Shown: piece after piece, positions 23,587 to 23,688 of the stretch | How positions within the stretch are numbered: position 1 is the first letter of the stretch | How the letters are laid out: every line of letters starts with the position of its first letter | Virus record (IMG/VR): IMGVR_UViG_2690316345_000009 | Length of the DNA: 23,688 nucleotides | Reading direction: 5' to 3' (one strand) | Origin: a virus | Taxonomy: Duplodnaviria > Heunggongvirae > Uroviricota > Caudoviricetes | The notes under the pieces: generated by a model | Seen by the model: the letters and a program-made list of their open reading frames with translations, nothing else | What the model was told of the DNA's origin: nothing | The model's database searches: none | Program-made: the position numbers and the translations under genes

Positions 23587-23619
23587 GCCAGTCAGTTAAG
23601 CAACTGACTGGCTCTTTTT
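23587..23619 (+). terminator. Rho-independent terminator (11-bp stem, 4-nt loop, T-run)
   Basis: GCCAGTCAGTT-AAGC-AACTGACTGGC followed by TCTTTTT on the plus strand, downstream of the CI / small-ORF transcription unit. Coordinates approximate. Confidence 0.55.
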
Positions 23620-23688
23620 CGGGGCTGTGGGGTATTTCCAGGGCCTCTCCTTTACCACTCTCGGGAAGGCCCTTTCCCTTCTTGTCGG

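Noticed and set aside
23404-23688. Possibility of a tRNA gene or attachment site at the right end of the window
   Set aside because: No cloverleaf-compatible sequence (no GTTC-type T-arm or CCA context) was recognised, and no direct repeat partner is available in the window; the hairpin is better explained as a terminator.

Overview
This window is an internal segment of a P2/186-family temperate myovirus prophage from an enterobacterial host, drawn in the reverse of the canonical P2 map. From left to right it contains: the 5' part of the tail-fibre gene, baseplate and tail-completion genes, a lysis cassette (pinholin-like holin, SAR-type endolysin, LysA, nested LysB/LysC spanins), head genes (X, L, terminase small subunit, major capsid, scaffold) on the minus strand; a divergent late-promoter region; terminase large subunit and portal on the plus strand; two AT-rich cargo cassettes flanking a cos-like site; an SOS-type module (LexA box, small ORF, DinI-like); the replication initiator with a coupled TraR-like/Dam methylase operon; and a 186-type lysogeny switch (CII, Apl, CI). 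The most interesting content is the cargo around cos: a PRTase + DprA-like pair (ShosTA-like) between portal and cos, and an ABC-ATPase + HNH nuclease pair (Septu-like) between cos and the replication module, the position where P2 carries old/tin. Both architectures resemble described anti-phage systems, so they are probably known families in a known hotspot rather than a new system; this needs a profile search I cannot run. All calls rest on reading the supplied translations, motifs and synteny; no database search was run. CDS coordinates follow the ORF track (some starts moved in frame to the likeliest initiator); short-motif coordinates are hand-counted and may be off by 1-2 nt. No att site or integrase is visible, so the prophage extends beyond both window ends.
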